Shown one piece after another: positions 1 to 9,524 of a DNA stretch of 47,695 bases (position 1 is its first letter; the number at the start of each line of letters is the position of its first letter). The notes beneath the pieces were generated by a model. The model worked only from the letters and a program-made list of their open reading frames with translations, did no database searches and was not told the DNA's origin. Origin of the DNA: Candidatus Aenigmatarchaeota archaeon (lineage in GTDB: Archaea; Aenigmatarchaeota; Aenigmatarchaeia; CG10238-14; SCSR01). The position numbers and the translations under genes were made by a program. The stretch covers positions 1-47,695 of the forward strand of contig JABABT010000006.1 of assembly GCA_014238095.1 (NCBI GenBank), written 5' to 3'.

Positions 1-377
1 ACAGCTTTAATCCAAGAAACTTCTTCTGGTTTATTACATTTCTTTAACCATTTGTAAAATTTTCTTATTGAAACTTTAAATAAATATTTAGTCCAATCTT
101 TATAATTAGGATTTTTTTCTATATCTAAAATCATATTTTTAATATCATTCATTTTTGCTTTTTCAAATCCAATTTTTAATTTCCTAGATAATTTTACTAA
201 AATACTCATATATTTTACATTACAACTTAAAGATAATCCTTCTAAAGATAAATTATCAGAATATTCTCTTAGAACTTTTTTATCTCTTTTTGGAATTTTA
301 TTATCTTCTTCTAATATTTGAAATATTCTTTTCAACCTTTTATCAAATCCATATATTTTTATAATATCTTGGTTCAT
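1..377 (-). CDS. Tyrosine recombinase/integrase, N-terminal part (runs off the window edge)
   Basis: Not in the ORF track. ATG at 377 is preceded by SD-like GAGGTGA (386-392). Translation MNQDYIKIYGFDKRLKRIFQILEED...KDWTKYLFKVSIRKFYKWLKKCNKPEEVSWIKA matches the N-terminal core-binding region of archaeal XerC/D-like integrases. The catalytic domain is outside the window. Confidence 0.75.
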   Translation of the reverse strand, partial: MNQDIIKIYGFDKRLKRIFQILEEDNKIPKRDKKVLREYSDNLSLEGLSLSCNVKYMSILVKLSRKLKIGFEKAKMNDIKNMILDIEKNPNYKDWTKYLFKVSIRKFYKWLKKCNKPEEVSWIKA

Positions 378-444
378 ATTACAATTCACCTCTAAATGCT
401 ATTAAACTGTGTAAATTTCTAGGTTGTATGAACAAGAATGAAAC

Positions 445-510
445 CCTTGCCCCGTTCTTCTACATCATATACGGTTTGAAACCAAATCAGTAGAGGCTTT
501 TGAAGCAAGG
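445..510 (-). ncRNA. Candidate K-turn-containing hairpin RNA
   Basis: GC-enriched island. On the minus strand CCUUGCUUC pairs with GGGGCAAGG (9 bp, 2 GU), and an inner CUAC-UGA...AUGAU-GUAG forms a C/D-type kink-turn. Confidence 0.45.
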
Positions 511-590
511 TAATAATTAATAATATTTGATAGTTAAAAAATTAATTAAAAATAAAAAAATAAAAAATTTTTAATGGTTATATTTTAAAA

Positions 591-752
591 TTATCTTTTT
601 TTAGTTGTTTTTTTCTTAGACTTTTTCTTTGTAGTTGCTTTTTTCTTAGCTGGCTTTTTCATACTTGCTTTTTTCTTAGCTGGCTTTTTCATACTTGTCT
701 TTTTTGTTTTTCTAACCATTTTCTTTCCTGTTTTCTTTTTCATTACTGGCAT
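591..752 (-). CDS. 53-aa Lys-rich basic protein (histone H1-tail-like)
   Basis: Not in the ORF track. MPVMKKKTGKKMVRKTKKTSMKKPAKKKASMKKPAKKKATTKKKSKKKTTKKR; ATG at 752, TAA at 591-593. Confidence 0.7.
   Translation of the reverse strand: MPVMKKKTGKKMVRKTKKTSMKKPAKKKASMKKPAKKKATTKKKSKKKTTKKR
635..697. repeat. 30-bp tandem duplication inside the Lys-rich ORF
   Basis: TTGCTTTTTTCTTAGCTGGCTTTTTCATAC occurs at 635-664 and 665-694 and encodes SMKKPAKKKA twice. Confidence 0.9.
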
Positions 753-917
753 ATTTATCTAAAATAAATTGTTTTTGACTTAAAAATAGTTTTCTATTTA
801 TTGATTTGTGTATAAAATATAAAAAAATTAATATTTAATCCAAAAAATTTATTTTATTTTTAATTATTTTTTTAAAATTTTATTATTATTTAAAAAATAT
901 ATTATTTTTATAAAAAA

Positions 918-2195
918 TTAGTAAAGATAACCCCATGTATGTAAACTATCACTATCTTGTACCCATCTTTCACCAATATCGGTTCTATAATACATATTTG
1001 GAATTGTTAAATTATTTACACGATTATAAGTTTGTTTAATAGCATCATTCATTGTTATACCAGATCCAGTAACAATTACAGGATAACCTGATGCACCAGC
1101 TATTACCCAATCATTATTAACTAATTTTACTTCAGCAATATGAACTCCATCTTTATTTTTACCTTTGAATATTATACTTGCACCTTCAGATTGTTTTTTA
1201 AATGTTGTATAATCATCAAATGGAAATGGTGGTGTTGCTATTACAACTCCAATTTGGAAACCTTTTTTTACTTTTATATCAATATTTTTTCCTTTTCCTA
1301 AATCAAGTAAAAATTGTCCCCATTCACTAATAATAGCTTCTGAAAAAATCCATGTCAATGGAAATCCAAATCTTGAAGTCCATTCAAGTGGATAAACTCC
1401 TTTTCCATTAGCAATACAATTTATATCAATATATCCAACATATCCTGATTCTGCAAGTTTATTTTTCATTTTTAATAATGTTAATTCGAACATTTTATTC
1501 CATTGAGTCCAAAACATTGATGTTCCCATTTCACCTGTACTAGGTCCAAGATTTCCTGGAAAAAATTTCTTATGTTCAAAATTTATATTAATTGGATAAA
1601 TAAAATCTTTACCATTAAAAAAAGCTCCTATTCCAACTTCAACACCAGAAACATATTTTTGTACAAGAAATTCTTTTATCTTCTTTTCCCAATTATTTCT
1701 TTTAAAATGTTCTAAAACATTTATTACATCATTTCCATCATTTTCTTGTCCTACAAATGAAAGTTCTTTTTCATTTTGTGCTTTACCACTTGGTTTTATT
1801 ACATATCTATCTGGATGTTCTTTTATAAAATCAATTGCAGAATTAAAATTTGTAAAATTCCAACTAGGTAAAATTATAACACCGGAATTTTTTAACTCTT
1901 TTTGTCCAAAATCTCTATTATCTTCTAATTTATCTGTATAACTTGAACCACCAATAACAATTTTACCTTGAGATCTAAGTTTATCTGCTCTTTTTCCAAA
2001 TCCTATATCTTCAAAAACAATAACATCTGCCCAATCAATATACTCTTTCCAATTTTCTATTTTTTCTACAAATCCATTCCCAATATTTTTAGCATAATTA
2101 TATCCTATAAAAAATTTTATATCATGACCTTCTTTTTTTATATCATTTGCTAGGTCTACTAAACTTCCTTCTAATGTTACGAATAAGAATTTCAA
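918..2195 (-). CDS. Phosphoribosylamine-glycine ligase-like ATP-grasp protein (divergent PurD family)
   Basis: LEDNRDFGQ, VIKPSG, EHKKFFPGNLGPSTGEMG, LEWTSRFG and YYRTDIG are PurD-like motifs. TTG start with GGAG upstream. Confidence 0.75.
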   Translation of the reverse strand: MKFLFVTLEGSLVDLANDIKKEGHDIKFFIGYNYAKNIGNGFVEKIENWKEYIDWADVIVFEDIGFGKRADKLRSQGKIVIGGSSYTDKLEDNRDFGQKELKNSGVIILPSWNFTNFNSAIDFIKEHPDRYVIKPSGKAQNEKELSFVGQENDGNDVINVLEHFKRNNWEKKIKEFLVQKYVSGVEVGIGAFFNGKDFIYPININFEHKKFFPGNLGPSTGEMGTSMFWTQWNKMFELTLLKMKNKLAESGYVGYIDINCIANGKGVYPLEWTSRFGFPLTWIFSEAIISEWGQFLLDLGKGKNIDIKVKKGFQIGVVIATPPFPFDDYTTFKKQSEGASIIFKGKNKDGVHIAEVKLVNNDWVIAGASGYPVIVTGSGITMNDAIKQTYNRVNNLTIPNMYYRTDIGERWVQDSDSLHTWGYLY

Positions 2196-2315
2196 ATTTT
2201 AATCTCCATTATTTATAATTATAATTAGTATAATAATTTATAATGTTTTTTATTTTATTAAAAATAATTTTCAAAAATTTAATAAAGAACAATTGCTTAA
2301 AAGTATTAGATAGAT

Positions 2316-4640
2316 ATGCAAGAACCTAAATTGAAAGAAAATAGATGGAATCATAAACTAGAAAAAGATATATTAGAAAAATGGAATGAAGAATCTAATA
2401 TTTATAAATTTGACGAAAATGCAGATGAAATTTTTATAATGGATACTCCTCCACCATATCCTAGTGGAAGACCTTGGCATATAGGAGCAGCTGCTCATTA
2501 TTCTCAAATAGATATGATAGCAAGATCTCAAAGAATGATGGGTAAAAGTGTTATGTTTCCTATTGGTATTGATAGAAATGGTATAGGAGTAGAAAATTAT
2601 ACTGAAAAGAAATGTGGAGTTAGTATACATACAACTTCACGTGAAAATTTTTTAAAATTATGTAAAGAAACATTCAATGAATTGGAAGATGAAATGATAA
2701 CTATAATGAAACATCTTGGTTTATCTTGTGATTTTAAAAATTATTATAGAACAGATTCAGATGAATATAGAGCTTTAACACAATCTACTTTCATTAATCT
2801 TTGGAAAAATAATTTAATTTACGAAGATACTAGACCTAATAATTTTTGTGTAAAATGTGGAACAACAATAGCAGATGCAGAAGTTTTGTATGATGAAATA
2901 TCAACAGATTTAGTTTATATGAAATTCAAAACAGAAGAAGATGAAAATATAATTGTAGCATCAACTAGACCAGAATTACTTGGAGCATGTCAAATAATTA
3001 TTGTAAATCCAAAAGACAAAAAAAATAGTAAATTTATTGGAAAGAATGTTATAATTCCATTATTTAATAGAAAAGTTAAAGTTATTTCTCATCCACAAGC
3101 TAAAATAGAATTTGGATCTGGTGTAGCAATGATTTGTAGTTATGGAGATTTTTCTGATGTAAGATTATTTCGTGAATTAAAATTAAAAGAAATTGTTATG
3201 ATAGATAAAAGAGGTAAGTTAACAGATAAAGCTTGTAATTATAATGGTCTTTCTGTTAAAATTGCTAGAGAAAAAATAATTGAAGATTTAGAAAAATCAG
3301 AACTTATAATTAAAAAAGAAAAAATAATTCATAGAACACCAATTTGTGAAAGAAGTAAAAATCCTATTGAAATTATTCCAATGAAAGAATATTATTTGAA
3401 ACAATTAAATTCTATTGAAAAAATAAGAGAAGCAACTAATAAATTAAAAATGTATCCTAAAAATTCAAAACAAATTCTTTTAGATTGGATAAATTCAATT
3501 TCTATTGATTGGCCAATATCAAGAAGAAGATTTTATGCAACAGAAATTCCAATTTGGTATTGTAAAAAATGTAATGAACCACATATTCCAAAACCTGGTA
3601 AATATTATAGACCATGGAAAGATAATTCACCTTTTGAAAAATGTAACAAATGTAATTCAAATGAGTTAATTGGAGAAACAAGAACATTTGATACTTGGAT
3701 GGATTCAAGTATTAGTGCATTAGCTATTTCAAAATTAAGAAATAATGAAAAATTATTTGAAAAAACATATCCTACATCTATACGTACACAAGGTAAAGAT
3801 ATTATAAGAACTTGGTTATATTATTCAATGCTTAGATGTGAACAAATAACTAAAAAAATACCATGGGATTCTGCTTGGATAATGGGTTATGTTGTTGATG
3901 AAAAAGGTAAGAAAATGAGTAAAAGTAAAGGAAATGTTGTAGACCCAATACCTATATTAGATAACTATGGATCAGATAATTTTAGATTTTGGAGTGCTGC
4001 TGAAGCAGGTCTTGGTTCTGATTTTAGATTTTCTGAAGATAAATTACGTGGATCAAGTAAATTTATGACAAAATTATGGAATATTGCAAGATTTGTTTCT
4101 TCATTTCCACAACCATCAAAACCAAATTTAACAAATACTGATAAATGGATTTTAAATAGTCTTGAAAAATTAATTTTAGTATCTAAAGAAGCCTATAAAG
4201 AATATAATTTTTTCATACCAGCAAATAAAATTCGTGAATTTGTATGGAATATATTTGCTGATCATTATATTGAAATGATTAAAACACGTGCTTATGGAGA
4301 AGGAAATTTTAATAAAGAAGAAATAGAATCTGCACATTATACTCTTCATGAAGTTTTAAGAAAAATTTTACAATTAATTGCACCAATAACACCTTTTATT
4401 ACAGATTATGTTTATAGAAATCTGTATGAATCTAAAGTTCATAATTCAAAATTTGAAAATATAATTAATATAGAAGATGTTTCTGATATAACAAATAATA
4501 TAATTGAATTTAATTCTAATGTTTGGAATGAAAAAAAATCAAAAGGAATTTCTTTAAGAGATGAAATTAGTTTTCAAATTCCAGAAAATTTAAAAAGCTA
4601 TGAAAAAGATTTAATTATAATGCATAAATTAATTAAGTGA
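2316..4640 (+). CDS. valS: Valyl-tRNA synthetase
   Basis: DTPPPYPSG..HIGA (HIGH variant), DWPISR, FDTWMDS, QGKDIIRTW and KMSKS motifs; archaeal length. Confidence 0.93.
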   Translation: MQEPKLKENRWNHKLEKDILEKWNEESNIYKFDENADEIFIMDTPPPYPSGRPWHIGAAAHYSQIDMIARSQRMMGKSVMFPIGIDRNGIGVENYTEKKCGVSIHTTSRENFLKLCKETFNELEDEMITIMKHLGLSCDFKNYYRTDSDEYRALTQSTFINLWKNNLIYEDTRPNNFCVKCGTTIADAEVLYDEISTDLVYMKFKTEEDENIIVASTRPELLGACQIIIVNPKDKKNSKFIGKNVIIPLFNRKVKVISHPQAKIEFGSGVAMICSYGDFSDVRLFRELKLKEIVMIDKRGKLTDKACNYNGLSVKIAREKIIEDLEKSELIIKKEKIIHRTPICERSKNPIEIIPMKEYYLKQLNSIEKIREATNKLKMYPKNSKQILLDWINSISIDWPISRRRFYATEIPIWYCKKCNEPHIPKPGKYYRPWKDNSPFEKCNKCNSNELIGETRTFDTWMDSSISALAISKLRNNEKLFEKTYPTSIRTQGKDIIRTWLYYSMLRCEQITKKIPWDSAWIMGYVVDEKGKKMSKSKGNVVDPIPILDNYGSDNFRFWSAAEAGLGSDFRFSEDKLRGSSKFMTKLWNIARFVSSFPQPSKPNLTNTDKWILNSLEKLILVSKEAYKEYNFFIPANKIREFVWNIFADHYIEMIKTRAYGEGNFNKEEIESAHYTLHEVLRKILQLIAPITPFITDYVYRNLYESKVHNSKFENIINIEDVSDITNNIIEFNSNVWNEKKSKGISLRDEISFQIPENLKSYEKDLIIMHKLIK

Positions 4641-4644
4641 TATT

Positions 4645-5850
4645 ATGATTACACAAGAAACCTTTACATTAAAAAAAATGATAAAAGAATTAGAATCTAT
4701 AAAAGGTAGACATACAGAATTAGTTTCAGTTTTTGTTTCTGCTGGATCTAATCTTCAAGATTCAATTGATCAGGTAAAAAATGAACAATCAACTGCAAAT
4801 AATATAAAATCTAAAGCTAATAGGAAAAATGTTGTTGATGCATTAGAAAAAATTATACAACATTTAAGAACTTTTAGAAAAACTCCAAAAAATGGTTTAG
4901 TAGTTTTTTCTGGAAATGTTTCTGAAAATGAAGGTAAAACAAATATAAAATTATGGAGTATGGAACCTCCAATAGAATTAAAAAAGAAAGTTTATTGGTG
5001 TGACCAAGTTTTTATTTTAGATCCACTTTATGAAATGGTAAAAGAAAAAGAAATATATGGATTAATTGTTATGGATTCAAAAGAAGCAGATATAGGATTT
5101 TTAACAGGTAAAAGAATAGAGTCTGTATTACATTTTGATTCAGCTGTACCAGGAAAAACAACAAAAGGAGGATATTCACAAATGAGATATCAACATGTAA
5201 GAGAAGCATTGTTAAATGATTTTATGAAGAAAATAGGAGAAAATGCTTCAAAAATTTTTATGAAAGAAAAAAATCTTAAAGGAGTTATTGTTGGTGGTCC
5301 TGGACCAAATAAAGAAATTTTTATGAAAGGAGAACATTTAACAGATATGGTAAAGAGAAAGGTTCTTGGAATAAAAGATGTTAGTTATACAGGTGAATAT
5401 GGTTTAGAAGAATTAGTTAATAGATCAGAAGATTTATTAAAAGAAGCAAGTCTTTTACATGAAAAAGAATTATTAGAAAAATTTTTTGAAAATTTAAGAA
5501 AAGATGGAAATGTTGTTTATGGTCTTGAAAATACAAAAAAAGTTCTTGAAATTGGTGCAGTAGATTCTTTACTTATTTCTGAAAATTTTGAATTATGGCA
5601 TGCAACATTAAGATGTCAAACAGGTCATGATAAAATAACTGATTTAATTGAATTTGATTTAGATAAACAAAAATGTGAAATATGTAACACTAATATGAAT
5701 TTAATAGATAAGAAAGAAGTTGTTGAAATTATTACAGAAAAAACACTTGAATTTGGTGGTGTTGTTGAGCTAATATCAGTAGATACTAGACAAGGAAAAC
5801 AATTTGAAAAGATAGGTGGTGTTGGAGCCTTACTTAGGTATAAAGTTTAA
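4645..5850 (+). CDS. prf1: Peptide chain release factor aRF1 with a non-canonical GGY motif
   Basis: GRHTELVS, NIKS, YWCDQVF (YxCxxxF), three-domain layout, C-terminal GGVGALLRY. The GGQ site reads GGYSQ. Confidence 0.93.
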   Translation: MITQETFTLKKMIKELESIKGRHTELVSVFVSAGSNLQDSIDQVKNEQSTANNIKSKANRKNVVDALEKIIQHLRTFRKTPKNGLVVFSGNVSENEGKTNIKLWSMEPPIELKKKVYWCDQVFILDPLYEMVKEKEIYGLIVMDSKEADIGFLTGKRIESVLHFDSAVPGKTTKGGYSQMRYQHVREALLNDFMKKIGENASKIFMKEKNLKGVIVGGPGPNKEIFMKGEHLTDMVKRKVLGIKDVSYTGEYGLEELVNRSEDLLKEASLLHEKELLEKFFENLRKDGNVVYGLENTKKVLEIGAVDSLLISENFELWHATLRCQTGHDKITDLIEFDLDKQKCEICNTNMNLIDKKEVVEIITEKTLEFGGVVELISVDTRQGKQFEKIGGVGALLRYKV

Positions 5851-5875
5851 ATAAACTATTTTTCAATTTAAATCA

Positions 5876-6958
5876 ATGGCATATGGAAAAGATTTATTAT
5901 TTTTATTATCTGAAGGTATAGGAATAGAAAATTCATTTAATAATGAATTTATTATTTTTGGAGCAATTATTGGATTATTTTTAATATTTAGTTTAAGTTT
6001 TCGTTTTATAAATTTAAAAATTATTCATCGTTTTATAAAATATACAGATACAGATTTAGATGATATTATCTTGAAAGTAATAAAGAAGCCTATATTACTA
6101 CTAATTATTATATTAGGATTTTATTTAGGATTTCAAGAATTGTCCATATTAGAAAAATCATTATTCTATATTAATGGTGTGTTATTTACATTTTCAATAT
6201 TAATAGTTTCTAATATTATAATAAAATTATCAAACTTTTTTATTTCAAGAATAATTATACGTGATGATGTTAAGAAAACACCTAAATTAATTAATAGAAT
6301 TATAAGTTCTATAATTTTACTTTTAGCAGCTTTAATAATATTCAATTATTTAGGTTTTGATGTAACAGTTATATTTGCAGCACTTGGAGTTGGTGGTATT
6401 GCAATAGGTTTTGCATTAAAGGAAACTTTATCAAATTTTTTCTCAGGAGTTAATATTGTTTCTGATAGACAAATAAATGTTGATGATTATGTTGAATTAC
6501 CAGAAAAAAATATACAAGGTTATGTTGAAGATATTGGTTGGAGATCAACTAAAATAAAACCATTTGGTGGAAATACTATAATTATTCCAAATAGTAAATT
6601 AGCAGAAAATATTATAACAAATAAAACATCCAAAAATAAAGAAACAGGAATTATTATTGAATGTGGAGTTTCTTATGAATCTGATTTAGAAAATGTTGAG
6701 AAAATTACTTTAAAAATAGCAAAACAAATCCAAAAAAATACTCAAGGTGCATTAAAAGATTTTAATCCTTTATTTAGATATAAAAAATTTGGAGATTCTA
6801 ATATAGAATTTTATGTAGTACTTAGAGTTGAAAGATTTATTGAAAGATATAATGTAAAACATCAATTCATTAAAAAATTGAAATCAGAATTTGATAAAGA
6901 AGGAATAGAAATTGCATGGCCAATCAGAAAAGTTTATAATGTAAATATAGAAGAATAA
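5876..6958 (+). CDS. mscS: Small-conductance mechanosensitive channel family protein
   Basis: Several TM helices, GVGGIAIGFALKETLSNFFSG, GYVEDIGWRST, IPNS, FGDSNIEF. Confidence 0.9.
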   Translation: MAYGKDLLFLLSEGIGIENSFNNEFIIFGAIIGLFLIFSLSFRFINLKIIHRFIKYTDTDLDDIILKVIKKPILLLIIILGFYLGFQELSILEKSLFYINGVLFTFSILIVSNIIIKLSNFFISRIIIRDDVKKTPKLINRIISSIILLLAALIIFNYLGFDVTVIFAALGVGGIAIGFALKETLSNFFSGVNIVSDRQINVDDYVELPEKNIQGYVEDIGWRSTKIKPFGGNTIIIPNSKLAENIITNKTSKNKETGIIIECGVSYESDLENVEKITLKIAKQIQKNTQGALKDFNPLFRYKKFGDSNIEFYVVLRVERFIERYNVKHQFIKKLKSEFDKEGIEIAWPIRKVYNVNIEE

Positions 6959-7711
6959 TTAAATTAAAAATATTTTTTTTGCATTTTTAGTCAATATTTT
7001 ATCTACTTCTTCTGGTTCCATTTCTTTCTTTTCTGCTATTTTATTTATTGTGACATTTATGTTTTGAGGTACATTTATTTTTCCAGTAAATGGAGAATTA
7101 AATGGAGAATCAGTTTCTGTAACAAGATTTTCTAATGGAAATCTTTCAGCAATTTTTAATAAATTCTTATTTGTTGGTGTTATTGTTGACATTGATATAT
7201 AATATCCAGAGTCTATAATTTCTTTTGCAAGAGTAACATTTCCAGAAAAATGATGAAAAACTACATTATTTAAATCTGTTTTTAAAACAGTTTCAAATGT
7301 ATCCTTTTCTGCTTTTCTTGAGTGTAAAATTACAGGTAAATTCATTTCTTTAGCTAGATTTAAAAAAATTCTAAACCAATTCTTACATCTTTTTTGTGAA
7401 TTTTCTTCTTTAATCCAATGATAATCAAGACCAATTTCACCTATTCCAACAATATCATTTTTATGTTCTCTAATTAAATCCATATGTTTCTCTAATTGTT
7501 CATTTCTCATTCCTTCTACATCTTCTGGATGTATTCCAAGTGTAAGATAAATAAAATTCTTATTATTTTTATGAAGTTCAACAGATTCTTTTAAATCATT
7601 TACAAGACCACATGTAATTACAGCTTCCATTTTCTCTTTTGCATCTTTTATTATTTCATCTAAATTATCTTTCATTGTTGGAAAATTTAAATGAGAATGT
7701 ACATCAATCAT
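6959..7711 (-). CDS. tatD: TatD-family DNase
   Basis: DVHSH, GIHP, GEIGLDY, HSR, ETDSPF. Start moved to ATG 7711 (MIDVHSH). Confidence 0.9.
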   Translation of the reverse strand: MIDVHSHLNFPTMKDNLDEIIKDAKEKMEAVITCGLVNDLKESVELHKNNKNFIYLTLGIHPEDVEGMRNEQLEKHMDLIREHKNDIVGIGEIGLDYHWIKEENSQKRCKNWFRIFLNLAKEMNLPVILHSRKAEKDTFETVLKTDLNNVVFHHFSGNVTLAKEIIDSGYYISMSTITPTNKNLLKIAERFPLENLVTETDSPFNSPFTGKINVPQNINVTINKIAEKKEMEPEEVDKILTKNAKKIFLI

Positions 7712-7747
7712 AATAATACTTATTATTATTGAAACATATAATTTATA

Positions 7748-8446
7748 GTGGCTAAAAATAATAGAAAAAAACAAGCAATTAAGAAATCAAAATCATTAAA
7801 ATCTAAAAATAAGTCAATTAATTATATATGGAAAGGTAATAATATTAATAAAAATTTTAGTAATAAATTTACTAAACATGCTAAAATTTTCCATATAAGA
7901 TATGGTAATTTAGTTCTTGTTATAATTGGAATAATTGCAAGTATATGGTTAATTTATAATCCAGAAATATTAATTTCATTAACTGTTAAAGAAGAATTTG
8001 GTTATTTATCTGCATTTATTTTAGGACTCATTTATCCAACAGGTGTTACAACTGCAGCATCAATAGTAGGATTTTATATAATTGGTAATACATTAAATCC
8101 ATATTTATTAGCAATTGTTGGTTCTATTGGAGCAATTATAACAGATTTTTTAATTTTTCATTTTATTCGTCATAAATTATTAGATTATTTTGATAAATTT
8201 GCTAATAAATTTTCTAAAATAAGCATAAATATTTGGAGATATAAAGTAAATAATCATAAATATTTAAAACATTTAGTACCTTTATTTGCAGGATTTTTAA
8301 TTGCTTCTCCTATTCCAACAGAAATTGCAATAGGTATATTTGCAGCTATAAAATTCAAAATGAAATGGTTTCTTCTTTATGCATTTTTATTCCATGCACT
8401 TAGTATATTTGTTATAGTTCAGTTAGGAGCTTATAATATATTTTAA
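7748..8446 (+). CDS. Membrane protein, possibly DedA/VTT-like
   Basis: Basic N-terminus followed by about 5 hydrophobic segments; GSIGAIITD and ASPIPTE motifs. Confidence 0.5.
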   Translation: MAKNNRKKQAIKKSKSLKSKNKSINYIWKGNNINKNFSNKFTKHAKIFHIRYGNLVLVIIGIIASIWLIYNPEILISLTVKEEFGYLSAFILGLIYPTGVTTAASIVGFYIIGNTLNPYLLAIVGSIGAIITDFLIFHFIRHKLLDYFDKFANKFSKISINIWRYKVNNHKYLKHLVPLFAGFLIASPIPTEIAIGIFAAIKFKMKWFLLYAFLFHALSIFVIVQLGAYNIF

Positions 8447-8817
8447 ATTTTTATTGCGTTTATAATACCACTTTGATTAGGACGTGATGTTACACGAGAA
8501 TTTCCTAATTCTGTTTCTATAATTGCACCTTTTGTTATTATTTTTCTTCTAATATAATGTTGATTTGCTTTATTTTCTATAACATCTATTATTTTAGTTT
8601 TTTTTGTTATTTTTGTTTTTGGATCAGTTAAATTAACAAATTCAGTAGAAAATACACGAACTTTTATATTTCCACCTCTTCTTTTAACAATTTTCCTTTT
8701 ATCTTTTCCTATTTTTGTATCTATTTGTACAGAACCTAATTCAACCTTTCTTTTACCTCTTCTAGAAATTATATTCCCACCAGTTTTTTTTCTTCCAATA
8801 TCTCCATGCCAATACAT
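8443..8817 (-). CDS. rps8e: 30S ribosomal protein eS8
   Basis: RKKTGG, RRGGNIKVR, IITKGAIIETELG, VTSRPNQSGIINA. Confidence 0.95.
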   Translation of the reverse strand: MYWHGDIGRKKTGGNIISRRGKRKVELGSVQIDTKIGKDKRKIVKRRGGNIKVRVFSTEFVNLTDPKTKITKKTKIIDVIENKANQHYIRRKIITKGAIIETELGNSRVTSRPNQSGIINAIKI

Positions 8818-8969
8818 ATTTATCTATTTAAGATAGGAATGTAGAGTTTAAATTATTATTTAATATGTATTTTTATAGAATTTTACAAAAAATAATTAAA
8901 ATTTAGATATAATTTTTAAATAATATTCAACAATATAGTTTAAATAAATAGAAATTAATATTTAATTTA

Positions 8970-9197
8970 ATGTCTGAAAGACCTATTGACGCATTGGATA
9001 AGGCAAAAGGTAAAAAAGTTTTCATCAAATTAAAAACTGGAGAAGAAATTACAGGAATTTTAAAAGCATTAGATCTTCATTTGAATTTGTGGATTGATGA
9101 TGCTGATATAATGAAAAATAATGAAAATAAAATTAAAATGGGAACAATATTAATTCGTGGAGATACTATTGTTTACGCTTCGCCAGTCCAAATTTAA
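8970..9197 (+). CDS. Sm-like archaeal protein (Lsm/SmAP1)
   Basis: RPIDAL, G.LKALDLHLNL (Sm1), IRGDTI (Sm2); conserved position upstream of eL37. Confidence 0.92.
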   Translation: MSERPIDALDKAKGKKVFIKLKTGEEITGILKALDLHLNLWIDDADIMKNNENKIKMGTILIRGDTIVYASPVQI

Positions 9198-9330
9198 GTC
9201 AAATTATTTAATTTAATTGTTTCGCAATTTTAAAAAGCGATTTTAATTAGAGTAATTTATATAAAAATAGAAATTTTCATAAATTCTAAAACTTTAAATT
9301 CTATCTAATCATATTTGAGTAAGTGATATT

Positions 9331-9519
9331 ATGACAAAAGGAACACCTTCAATGGGAAAGAAAAATAAGATTTCACATATTCGTTGTAGAAGATGTGGTC
9401 GTGTTGCTTATAAAACTAATACTAAACAATGTGCAGCATGTGGTTATGGAAAGACAGCTAAATTAAGAAGCTATTCTTGGCAAACACATGATTTAGGTAG
9501 AAATTTTAGAACAAGTTAA
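9331..9519 (+). CDS. rpl37e: 50S ribosomal protein eL37
   Basis: [18 protein letters not shown]...CAACGYG. Confidence 0.96.
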   Translation: MTKGTPSMGKKNKISHIRCRRCGRVAYKTNTKQCAACGYGKTAKLRSYSWQTHDLGRNFRTS

Positions 9520-9524
9520 TTTAT

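Noticed and set aside
445-510. tRNA gene or tRNA-derived att site next to the integrase
   Set aside because: There is a T-loop-like GGUUUCAAACC, but no cloverleaf can be built on either strand.
1968-3708. Track ORFs 1968-2153, 2373-2630 and 3502-3708
   Set aside because: Antisense shadows of the PurD-like gene and valS with no recognisable motifs.
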